A DNA stretch of 22,534 nt from Octopus sinensis (lineage: Eukaryota), in the NCBI RefSeq assembly GCF_006345805.1, contig NW_021836910.1, forward strand, positions 1 through 22,534, written 5' to 3'. Each line of letters opens with the position of its first letter. Positions within the stretch are counted from its first letter, which is position 1. The translations under genes were made by a program, and so were the position numbers. The notes under the pieces are model-generated. The model was not told where the DNA came from. It ran no database searches and saw nothing but the letters and a program-made list of their open reading frames with translations. Positions 11,009 through 21,140 of this stretch are shown here, in pieces.

Positions 11009-11202
11009 AGAAGTCCTGAAATTTTGGCGGAAGTAAGTTAACCAATTGCATCAAACCCAGTGCTCATGTGGTACATATTTTATCGAGTTTGAAGGGAAGA
11101 ATGGCAAAGCTGACTCCAGCAGGATATGAACTCAAATCCTAAAGATCGTCAAGAAATGCCGCTAAGTGTTTTATCTGACGTACTAACGAGTCTGCCAGTT
11201 CA
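11009..11202 (-). mobile_element. SINE family B, degraded
   Basis: Reverse complement reads ctggcagactcgttag...cttagcggcattt...gagttcata...tcgataaaatatgtacc...ccaaaatttcagga. Confidence 0.75.
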
Positions 11203-11238
11203 AACAATATAAAGATCTATATTAATATGAATTATGTA

Positions 11239-11435
11239 AGGCAGTGAGATGGCAGAATCTGCAGTTCACCGGACAAAACGCTTTGCCATATTTCGTCCGT
11301 CTTCACGTTCTGAGTTCAAATTCCCCGATGTCAACATTGCTCTTTATCTTTTCGGGGTCGATAAATTAAGTACTATGGGCGATGTAATCGACTTATACCC
11401 TCTCCCAAAATTGTAGGCTTTGTACCAAAATTTGA
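11239..11435 (+). mobile_element. SINE family B
   Basis: tggcagaatc...ttctgagttcaaattc...tcggggtcgataaattaagtac...gatgtaatcgac...cccaaaatt. Confidence 0.85.
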
Positions 11436-11460
11436 TGTCAATATGAAAGTAAATACTTTA

Positions 11461-11606
11461 AGTTCTGAGTTCCAAGTTCTGCCGAGATCGATTTTGCCTT
11501 TCATCCTGTTGGGGTCGATAAATTAAGTACTAGTTGTGTACTGGCGTAGATCTAATCGACTGGCCCCTTCCCCCAAAATTTCAGGCTTTATGCCCAGAGT
11601 AGAAAA
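11461..11606 (+). mobile_element. SINE family B, 5'-truncated
   Basis: ttctgagttc...gcctttcatcctgttggggtcgataaattaagtac...cccccaaaatttcaggc...agagtagaaa. Confidence 0.85.
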
Positions 11607-11616
11607 CAATAATGTA

Positions 11617-11828
11617 AGGCAGCGATTTGGTAGAATCGTTAGCACGCTAGACATAATGCTTAGCGGTATTTCGTCCGACCTTACGTTCTGGGTTCAAATT
11701 CCTCCAAGGTTGACTTCGCCGTTCATCCTTTCGGAATCGATAAAATAAATACAAGTTGATCACTAGAGTCAATGTAATCGAACTCGTCCCCTCTCCGAAA
11801 TTGCCAGCCTTGTGCCAGAATTTGAAAT
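11617..11828 (+). mobile_element. SINE family B, full length, diverged
   Basis: tggtagaatcgttagcacgc...tgcttagcggtatttcgtc...ggttcaaattc...ttcatcctttcggaatcgataaaat. Confidence 0.85.
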
Positions 11829-12294
11829 CAATATTTATATCAAGATGGCGAGGTAGATTAAAATGAAAAGTATAAGGAGAGGAAATGGAGAAAGAGGAAG
11901 AAGTCGAAGGGGAAAAGCGAAAGAATAAAAATAAAAAATAATCAGCAACAGCAACAAAACAAAAATAATACAAACAAGAAAGAGAAGAATGTTTAGTTAG
12001 AAAAGGAGCAAAGACAAAAAAAAAGCATGTAACCGTATTAAAAGCAGTGATTCAACGACAACTAGGCCAAAATTCGCCATTTTGTTATTTCGTATTATCG
12101 CCAAATCTAATCTGTAAAATGTTCAGATCAAATGGAAATTTACAGGAAAGAACAAATAAACAAAACAGTACATAAATGAATAAAAAATAAACATTTCCTT
12201 TTCTGGCTTGAGATGTTTTAGATATCAAAAAGAGTAAAAAAAGAGTTATGATAAATCGCCAAACAAACTTTTCTTTAAATTTAAACACGTACGT

Positions 12295-12815
12295 TCACAC
12301 ATACACACACATGCACACACACACTCATACACCGTAAATGTATACATATATCTACGTATATGTGTATGTATGTATGTATGTATGTATACGTAAATATTAA
12401 CAACAAATTATGTGGAGATAATGTACCGTTATTCTAACGCCAAACAACAAGAGAAGCGGAAATGCAAAAAGAATGTCATATTAAAACATACACTCACACA
12501 CACATACACGCACACGCATACACACACACACATACACGCACATGCATACACACATGCACACGTACACACGTACAAACAAGCACATACACATACATATACA
12601 CACAGAAACATATACATAGGCAAACAGATAGATGGACATATTGACACATCAACACATACACAGGTACAAACATGAACATACACATATACACGAATAGACA
12701 GGGGAAAAAATTGATACATGGACACATGCACACACACGCACACACACACACACACACACACATACACAGACACACACACACATGCACACACACACACACA
12801 CACGCTCACACGCAT
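12295..12815. repeat. (CA)n/(TATG)n microsatellite cluster
   Basis: Direct reading. Confidence 0.9.
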
Positions 12816-13069
12816 ACTCGGAAAAATCTCAAAGAATTATGAAAATTTTGAGAATATTGTTTCGGCAACCCTTAAATATTTCAACGAAACACATTCTTTA
12901 TTGAATACCTTGATAAATTGAAACGCATTTATTATTTTCTTGACGGATTTTCTACTTAAAAGTTTTGCATTGAAATTTTCGGGTCAGATTTTTGAGATTA
13001 AGGAAAGATTATACGTTAGCGGAAAGAAGAAGGGGAAGAAACCGAATAAAAGGAAGAAAGAAAAAGAAG

Positions 13070-13213
13070 AAACAGTTGAAGAAGAAGTAGAAGAAGGAGA
13101 AGAAGGAGGAGGAGGAGAAGAAGGAGGAGGAGAAGAAGAAGGAGAAGAAGAAGAAGAAGAAGAAGAAGAAGAAGAAGAAGAAGAAGAAGAAGAAGAAGAA
13201 GAAGAAGAAGAGG
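13070..13213. repeat. (GAA/GGA)n polypurine tract
   Basis: Mixed GAA/GGA, then a long pure (GAA)n run to about 13210. Confidence 0.95.
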
Positions 13214-13282
13214 TGAAGTACTAAGATGAAGAAAACGACGGAGTTGCGAAGCAATAACTCGTTTAAACTAAAGGATTTACAA

Positions 13283-13334
<52 letters not shown>

Positions 13335-13340
13335 TAATAA
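13283..13340. repeat. (AAT)n microsatellite
   Basis: Direct reading. Confidence 0.95.
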
Positions 13341-13464
13341 AAATAGAGAGAGAAACCTTAAAGAAAAGAACCTGGAAGTAAAATGGTTTTAATGCTGGTT
13401 GATATTTTTGCCCTGACCTTAAGATTTTGCTGTTTTATATAAAGTGAACAGAAATGTGTTATGC

Positions 13465-13830
13465 GTATGTATATATGCATGAATATACGCATTTATGTAT
13501 GTATGTATGTATGTATGTATGTATGTATGTATGTATGTTGTGTATGTATGTATGTATGTATGTATGTTGTATGTATGTATGTATGTATGTGTGTATGTAT
13601 ATGTAGTATGTATGTATGTATGTATGTATGTATGTGTATGTATGTATGTATGTATGTATGTGTGTATGTGTGTGTGTTGTAGTGTATGTGTATTATCTAT
13701 GTAGTATCTATGTATGTTGTATACATTTGTGTATGTATAGTATGTGTATACATGTACATGTGCATATATACATACATACACACACATGCACACATTTTTA
13801 TATGCACACGTACGCTTGTATGTATATATG

Positions 13831-13861
<31 letters not shown>

Positions 13862-13953
13862 TTGTGTTGTGTTCACATATAAATGCATCTATTCATCCAT
13901 CTATCTATCTATCTATCTACTATATATATATTATATATCATATATATATATAG

Positions 13954-14000
<47 letters not shown>

Positions 14001-14037
14001 AGGTATATGTGTATGTATATATACACATATATATATT
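13465..14037. repeat. (TATG)n, (TA)n, (TG)n, (ATCT)n cluster
   Basis: Direct reading. Confidence 0.9.
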
Positions 14038-14394
14038 TACTCTTTTACTATTTTACTTGTTTCAGTCAGTTGACTGCGGCCATGCTGGAGCACCGCCTTA
14101 TTCTTTGTAACCCTAATGCTTATTCTATCGGTCACTAATTCACAGGGACGCAAACACACCACCATCGGTTGTCAAGCGATATTGGGGGAACAAACACAAA
14201 TACACAAACATATACGCACATACATATACATATACATATATACGACAGGATTCTTTCAGTTTCCATCTACCAAATCCACTCAGGCCTGAGGCTGTAGTAT
14301 AAGACACTTGCCCAAGGTGCCACGCAGTGGGACTCAACCCGGAACCATATGGTTGGTAAACAAGCTACTTACCACATAGCTAGTCCTGTGTCTA
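14038..14394 (-). mobile_element. SINE family A, full length (tRNA head, CORE-like, microsatellite spacer, 3' tail)
   Basis: Reverse complement reads TGTGGTAAGTAGCTTG...GGTTCCGGGTTGAGTCCCACTGCGTGGCACCTTGGGCAAGTGTCTT...(TA/TG)n...CTTGACAACCGATGG...GGTGCTCCAGCATGGCCGCAGTCAACTGACTGAAACAAGTAAAA. Confidence 0.9.
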
Positions 14395-14442
14395 TGTATA
14401 TATATGTATCTTTGCGTCTATGTATATATATGTCTATATATG

Positions 14443-14590
14443 CTAGGCGGCATTTCGTCCGTCTTTACGTTCTGAATTGAAATTCCATGGGGGTCGACCT
14501 TGCCTCTCATCTTTTCAATATCGATAAATTAAGTACTAGATGTAATCGACTTACCGCTACCCGGAAATTGATGGATCTGTGTATGAATTT
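14443..14590 (+). mobile_element. SINE family B, 5'-truncated
   Basis: gcggcatttcgtccgtctttacgttctgaa...ggtcgaccttgcc...tcgataaattaagtac...gatgtaatcgactt. Confidence 0.8.
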
Positions 14591-14603
14591 CAAAATGTTT
14601 ATT

Positions 14604-14810
14604 ACGGGCGAACTAGTGGAAGTATCGCATAAAATGCTCTAGGCATTTAAAATGTTTGACATCTTAAGATCTGAGCTAAAATCTCGCTAATGTTAACCTT
14701 GTTTTCTACCCTTTCGTGGTCGATAAATTAAAGCATCAGTCAAGCATTGGACGTGATGGTTACGATTGGAACCTTCTTTTTTAAATTTGTGGACCTTCTT
14801 CCTAAATTGC
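14604..14810 (+). mobile_element. SINE family B, old and degraded
   Basis: ggcgaact...ctgagctaaaatc...ccctttcgtggtcgataaattaaag. Confidence 0.6.
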
Positions 14811-14871
14811 TGCTACAAATGATTAGCACTAGAAATGGTAAGAAATCCAACATAGATAAAAAAAAAAGAAA

Positions 14872-14905
14872 GACCGCAGTGATGTGACTGAAACAAGTAA
14901 CAGAT
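14872..14905 (+). mobile_element. Isolated family A 3' tail fragment
   Basis: gaccgcagtgatgtgactgaaacaagtaa matches GGCCGCAGTCAACTGACTGAAACAAGTAA. Confidence 0.6.
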
Positions 14906-15224
14906 GAAACATAGAAAATATAAGAAGATACCTCCTAATGATGAGGAATAGACTGCAGTCTTGCGATTGATTCGGGAGAAGAGATTTCGAAACCTCTGAG
15001 TAGCTCCTACAAGTTTCTACGGGGAAGATGGGGTGTGGGGGCCATATCATCTCCACAGTTTATTTCCCGTTAATATATAGAAGATCATATGCATGTATGC
15101 CATATGGTAGAGTTCTATAGACATACATAACCATACAAATGTAGAATATGGCTCGTTGCTGAACAAAAAATATGGTGATACACCATTTGTACACAGTAAG
15201 AGAATCGGACTAACATGCACGCAC

Positions 15225-15349
15225 GCACACATACATGCATTCACGCAAAAACACACACACACATACATACACACACAAACACATACATATACAAAAAACA
15301 TTCACCGAAACATTCTTGTTTATATGCATATATTCATAAATACATACAA

Positions 15350-15381
<32 letters not shown>

Positions 15382-15451
15382 ACACATATATATACATATA
15401 TATATATACATATATATATACACATATATATATATACATATATATATATGC

Positions 15452-15487
<36 letters not shown>

Positions 15488-15615
15488 CAATATATTCCAC
15501 ACACGTCGCAGTATATGTGTATGGATGTGTATATATATATATGTGCGTGTGTATATATATATATATGTGTGTATGTATGTATGTATATATTAATGTAGAT
15601 ATGTATTTGTTTATT

Positions 15616-15649
<34 letters not shown>

Positions 15650-15660
15650 TGTGTGTGTGT
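15225..15660. repeat. (CA)n/(TA)n/(TG)n cluster
   Basis: Direct reading. Confidence 0.9.
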
Positions 15661-16227
15661 GCATACGCAGGCGTATATCTTAGTGATACGACTTAACTAC
15701 CAAAAAAATAATAAAATAGAAATAATAATCAAAACCAAAAAAAAATAATAATAAAAACAACTTTAAAAAAATCCACAGTAACAAAACGACGAGAAAAAAA
15801 CGACGGTTTCGTTGTTAAGTCAGTCGGATAAAGTAAAGAAGATGAAGCGGAGCAAAAACCCGAGTACTTAGAGGGTATGAAACCACATTTTTAGTGCTAA
15901 ACTAAACTGAAACCTCGCAATATACAAGACAGAACAGACTTTACGCTTATGGCCTAACATAAAGCTTGCTGTAAAACCAAAATAGATCACCGCAAGATTA
16001 TCAAACGCAAGAAGAGATTTGTTTAACTTTGGTGCTTTCTTGTTTATTTTTTTGTTTGTTGCTTGTTGTTTGTTTCTGGTAGGACGAGGTGGGGGGAAGT
16101 GTTTGAAACGGAACCTATAATAATCGATCATTGGACGCCTGAATGAGACAAGAACACGGAATACGTTTCGGAAAATTCAAAATATCTTTGATAATAATTA
16201 TCAATGTTGACCAGAATTATATATATT

Positions 16228-16272
<45 letters not shown>

Positions 16273-16502
16273 AAAGCAAAAATAAAACAATAAAAAAAAT
16301 TATATAAAATAAATGCTGAAGGAAAAACAACTTGGAAAAGAAGAGAAATATGAAAGAGAGAGAAAAAGAGAGAAATGGAGAAATAATGACATAGATGCAA
16401 GCTAAGATTATGAGGATAGACTACAGAACGAGAGAATTAAGGAGAGAATGAAATATATAAATGTACAAACACGCACACGCGCGTACACGCACACCCATTT
16501 GT

Positions 16503-16770
16503 TTATTCTTTTATTCTTTTCCACGTTTCAGTCGTGTGACTGCAGCCATGCTGGTGCACCACCTTAAGATGTTTCAGTCAAGCAAATCGACCCCAGCCAT
16601 GACTCACCCTTTGTAAGGCTAGTACTTTATTCTGTCAGTCTCTTTTACCGAACCGCCAAGTTACGGAGACGTAAACACACGAACGTCTGTTGTCAAGCAA
16701 AATACTGCTGGGGACAAACACAGACACAAACTCACACACACGCATACACACACACAGAGACACACACACA
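16503..16770 (-). mobile_element. SINE family A 3' half
   Basis: tttcagtcgtgtgactgcagccatgctgg...aatcgacccc...gaaccgccaagttacggagacgtaaacacac...ttgtcaagc. Confidence 0.85.
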
Positions 16771-16884
16771 GATCGTTGCTATTATGCAAAAGTGTTGTAA
16801 GTCCCAAATGTTGTATGTATATATGTATACTCATATAACATTGTGTTATGGGCCATAGGTGTATTGAGTTCTACACCAGGTTAT

Positions 16885-17070
16885 TATTCTCGGTATGTGT
16901 GTGTGTATGTATGTATATATGTATGAATGCATATATATGTTTGCGTGTATATATATAAATATCTGTATGTATGTATGTATGTATGTATGTATGTATGTAT
17001 GCATGTATGTATGTATGTATGTATGTATGCATGTATGTATGCATGTATGTATAAGTATATGTATGTGTAA

Positions 17071-17103
<33 letters not shown>

Positions 17104-17235
17104 CGACAAAAGGAAAAAGGCACTAATGAGTATATTCAAATATCTACAAGGCATTCAATGTGTGTGTGGGCGTGCGTGTGTGTGTTCATGTGCGTGAGTG
17201 TGTGTGTGTATGCGTGTGTATTTGTTTGTATGTGT
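16885..17235. repeat. (TATG)n/(TA)n/(TG)n cluster
   Basis: Direct reading. Confidence 0.9.
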
Positions 17236-17240
17236 GTCAT

Positions 17241-17443
17241 GTGTTTCTGTTTACCGTTGTCCTGTCGGCTTCGCAAACGGCATTGGTTTGTTTACATTCT
17301 CATAGGTAGCGATTGTGCAAAAGACTCTAATAGAATAAGAACCTTCCTAAGGACATAAAAACCAGCGCCCATTGGTTGAACTAAATCCTTGAAGGCAGTA
17401 CCCTAGCATGGTCGCAATCCAATGACCGAAACTAGTAAAAGAT
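17241..17443 (+). mobile_element. SINE family A 3' half, degraded
   Basis: ggtttgtttaca...gcaaaagac..tagaataag...gaaggcagtaccctagcatggtcgcaatccaatgaccgaaactagtaaaagat. Confidence 0.7.
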
Positions 17444-17492
17444 TGAAAATTACTATTTGTAAATCTCTCAGCTAGAGATATTCAGGTCTCTA

Positions 17493-17814
17493 GAGTAAAG
17501 ATTTGTTGCCAACATAACATGGCAGTCCTGTTTTAAGGACGACTGTTGCTGTAACTATATATTTCGAACAGGAATTTGGTAGCGCCACCTCTAGCCGAAA
17601 TTATTCTGTGCTGATGAAGGGAAATAACCCGGAAATCGTGATACACAGATATTGTTTTAAGCTGAGTGGGGGTGTCAAAAACCCTTTTTTGAAAATATAA
17701 GGATAAAGATTGTGTCCTATAGCCAGCTGGAGACGATGGCTCCCGGGGCTACATAACAGCAATATTCGTCCTAAATCAAGACTGTCATCTTATGTTGGCA
17801 AATATTCTTTACTC
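17493..17814. mobile_element. Fold-back (inverted-repeat) element, Penelope-like-element-type repeat suspected
   Basis: Left arm gagtaaagatttgttgccaacataacatggcagtcctgttttaaggacga matches the reverse complement of the right arm, gagtaaagaatatttgccaacataagatgacagtcttgatttaggacga. A third copy lies at 1760-1892 and a hammerhead motif sits at the apex. Confidence 0.7.
17605..17649 (+). ncRNA. Minimal type I hammerhead ribozyme motif
   Basis: Stem I UCUGUG/CACAGA (6 Watson-Crick pairs); core CUGAUGA (17611-17617); stem II GGG/CCC with AAAUAA loop and an A.G mismatch at 10.1/11.1; GAAA (17632-17635); stem III AUC/GAU; NUH triplet AUA, predicting cleavage after 17643. Confidence 0.7.
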
Positions 17815-17936
17815 AAGTAAAAGACTGTTGCATGTTGTCCTACTTGTTACTTTAGAAGTTGTTGCCGGGCCAGGTTGTGGCATCTTCCGTTCTGGTTCTT
17901 TTGCGATTCCCCTGTTCTAATAACCAATCAAAATAT

Positions 17937-18123
17937 TCGATCTGGTAGAATCGTTGTCCTGTCGGAAAAAAATTCTTAACAACATTCCTTTCAGCTCTTT
18001 ACGTCTTGAGTTCAAATACCACCGAGGTCAACTTTGCCTTACATCGGGGTCGATAAAATAAAGCAATAGTCAAGTATTGAAGGGTCAGTTTAATTGACTT
18101 CTCCCCTCCCCTCAAAATTACTG
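17937..18123 (+). mobile_element. SINE family B, degraded
   Basis: ctggtagaatcgtt...gagttcaaataccaccgaggtcaactttgcctt...ggggtcgataaaata...ccctcaaaatt. Confidence 0.8.
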
Positions 18124-18330
18124 TCCGGAAATCCTGCGATGAACCGGCTTCCTATTCAGGAGAAACTTCTGACCACAGGCTCTTACACACCACAGAATCA
18201 TTGAGCTTGAGAAAATATAAACGGAATAAACAAGGGTTTATCAATCCACTTCGTACTAACAGGTCTGCATGGCCGTAGATGCCATTCTGTACACATGCTC
18301 AGAGATTACGACATTTACAGATATGTTTAA

Positions 18331-18550
18331 CCCTTTCGTTACTGTATTTATTTTGAGATTCTCTGTGTTTATTTCAATTACTTTAAATTAATCAAAGAAT
18401 TTAGTAAAATAACTTAGTTATCATTAAGCTAATGTTAGGAATATAAATTGTGACTAAAGTTCGGTGGAAGATTTTAATTCAAAACTTATGAAAACAAGAC
18501 ATTTGTACTCAGAGCCTGAACCAGTTTCAGCCGGGTTTGTAACAAATGGG
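18331..18550. mobile_element. piggyBac-type MITE (220 bp)
   Basis: TTAA TSDs at 18327-18330 and 18551-18554; 12-bp TIRs CCCTTTCGTTAC / GTAACAAATGGG (2 mismatches); AT-rich non-coding interior. Confidence 0.85.
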
Positions 18551-18959
18551 TTAAACAATAAGCAAGTGTCGTCGACTATGATTTCGCAGAGCTTGTCTCT
18601 CTGACAAACTTGTAGTCGTCGGTCAAGCGAAGACCAAGACGATCTCTGCGACAATTAAGATTTACTCACATCAATCTACTATCTACTGTTCAGCAAATGC
18701 GTTTCCTCCTTATAAAATTTATTCCATAGGGTCATACAGTTCGCGAAGGAGGTCTAAAATCTGAGAAAATCCAAGTAGCGAGGAAAAGTACTTTTGTGAT
18801 CGGTATTCCCAGAAAAAGAATGCTGGGACCCATTGCCGATTAGGTACCAGTTTCACAAAAACCTGAGTGCCTCACTTGGATCATGATAGAGATGATTCAG
18901 ATGTCCCCAGAGCGATAAAATTGCTGATTAGGAATACATGTTATTAGAAGCGATTATGC

Positions 18960-19330
18960 AAATACATAATACATATATACATACATACACATACACACAT
19001 AACATGCATAATACATATGATTTGAATGTGTGTAATATATATATATATATATATATATCAATATATAGATATATCTATATAGATTCAACATGATGTATGT
19101 ACAAATATCATATCTCCATAAATACATATATGAGTGGTTAAAAATGTGAGTTTCATATTTTGTATTTGTATCACTCCAATATCTTTACATATTATTTTTT
19201 TATCTGTATACATACAGTTATACATACATACTTACATCATACATGATACATGCATATATCTATATCTTACAATTGTTCGTTTGTTTTCCACCTGCCCTTC
19301 GTCTTTGTTTATTTTCATAAAGCTTCCCGT

Positions 19331-19364
<34 letters not shown>

Positions 19365-19794
19365 ATATTATATATATATTTAGATATGTATATATATATA
19401 TGTATATGCATATATGTATATATATTATATAGCTATTATATATATATCTAATATATTATATATATATATATGTATTCACGAGTGAGTGAATGCTTGTGTG
19501 TGGGGAGGATGGAAAAAGGGACGAACATATTTAGATAATGATTTCATGCGAGCAGATCAATAATATCAACATAAATGTTGAATCATTTCAACAAGCCATA
19601 AGGAAGAGAAAGCGCAGAGCGAAACAACGCATAGATACTTATATATATGTATATATATATATATATATGCGTATATATATATATATGAATGAGCTGTATA
19701 TATATATATTATATATATATATGTGTATATATCTATATATATATACATATATATACACATTATATATGCATATATATATATGTAATATATATAT

Positions 19795-19828
<34 letters not shown>

Positions 19829-20131
19829 CTATATATATATATATATATATATAATATAAATACATAGACATGTATGTATGTATACGTGCATAAAGGAAAG
19901 TAAACAGAAGGACAGAAAAGGAGAGAGAAATAAGTACAAAAGAGTAATAATTTGTTCGTTATAGAGATAAAGTTGTATATATTACAATACAATGATTTAG
20001 AGGAACACGGTTTGTAAGGCTGTGGAGTGTATAAGGACTGCTTGATTGAAGGTGTTTTGTGAAATCTCAGTGTACATATGCCTACAGCACTGCCTTCGTG
20101 AATAACTGAACACATTATAGATAAATATTAT

Positions 20132-20167
<36 letters not shown>

Positions 20168-20230
20168 TATACAGTTTGTGTGTTTGTGTGTATGTAGTAT
20201 GGGTATATGTGTGTATATGTCTGTATATGT
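18960..20230. repeat. Several (TA)n/(CA)n/(TG)n tracts with unique spacers
   Basis: Main tracts at about 18960-19130, 19330-19475, 19640-19880 and 20125-20230. Confidence 0.85.
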
Positions 20231-20831
20231 TTGTCTACGTTTATGTGTATGGAGACATATGCATTCGCATCTTTCTCTGTAGATATAATTGAATAATTAA
20301 TTTGCTGTTAGTTGCTTGTATATCTACAGATACACATATATCTATGTATGTAAGCATCTATATACCTATTCACACACGCATATACACACACATATGCTTA
20401 TACGAATACAGTGATAGATATAATGATTAGAAAAAAGAAAACAGAGACCCAAGAACAAAAAAAGAATAGACACAGCAGCAGAGAATGAAACAAGATAAAG
20501 AAAAGAAGGGAATGAAGTAGGCCACGTGGTGTGTATAATAGATTGATAAGTGCTGCAGACAGTGTATCATAAACCACAACATGGCTGCGTTACAATATAC
20601 TGTTGCCGCCATATTAACACGGTACATTGTTCAGCAATGGTTTAGTCATGCGCAATGAGAATACAATTTTCTGTAAATTTTGTATTCTAAAATCTTGTTC
20701 CAGTCGTATAGTAATTATTGGATGCGTCTGCAAGGAACATAACAATCGAAATATTGTACTGCAACTGCAAAATAATGCATAACTGCATCACTGTTTCATT
20801 GCGGTTTTCATTGCATTACTATATCGTACGT

Positions 20832-21140
20832 GGAGGCGCAATGGCCCAGTGGTTAGGGCAGCGGACTCGCGGTCGTAGGATCGCGGTTTCGATTCCCAGA
20901 CCGGGCGTTGTGAGTGTTTATTGAGCGAAAACGCCTAAAGCTCCACGAAGCTCCGGCAGGGGGTGGTGGCGATCCCTGCTGTACTCTTTCGCCACAACTT
21001 TCTCTCACTCTTTCTTCTGTTGGGCTGCTCGCTTAGCCAGCGGAGTGGCGTCATTTGAAGGCTAAAACAATGCGTAACGCATTGTCACCAGCGATGTGTA
21101 GCAACATCTGATAGCCTGGTCGGTCACAGTCTTGACAATG
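20832..21140 (+). mobile_element. SINE family D, full length, with perfect 11-bp TSD
   Basis: A-box TGGCCCAGTGG (20842-20852), B-box GGTTTCGATTCC (20885-20896); TSD ATATCGTACGT at 20821-20831 and 21141-21151. Confidence 0.9.

Noticed and set aside
12821-13000. Possible MITE bounded by aatctcaaa / tttgagatt
   Set aside because: The inverted match is only about 9 bp in very AT-rich DNA, with no TSD and no second copy.
12940-13224. Basic-then-acidic 94-aa ORF resembling a nucleolar or chaperone tail
   Set aside because: Non-ATG (TTG) start; the acidic part is simply the (GAA/GGA)n tract; no splice or homology support.
20832-20906. tRNA gene
   Set aside because: A and B boxes are present, but the anticodon and acceptor stems do not pair; it continues into a SINE body and is enclosed by a TSD.
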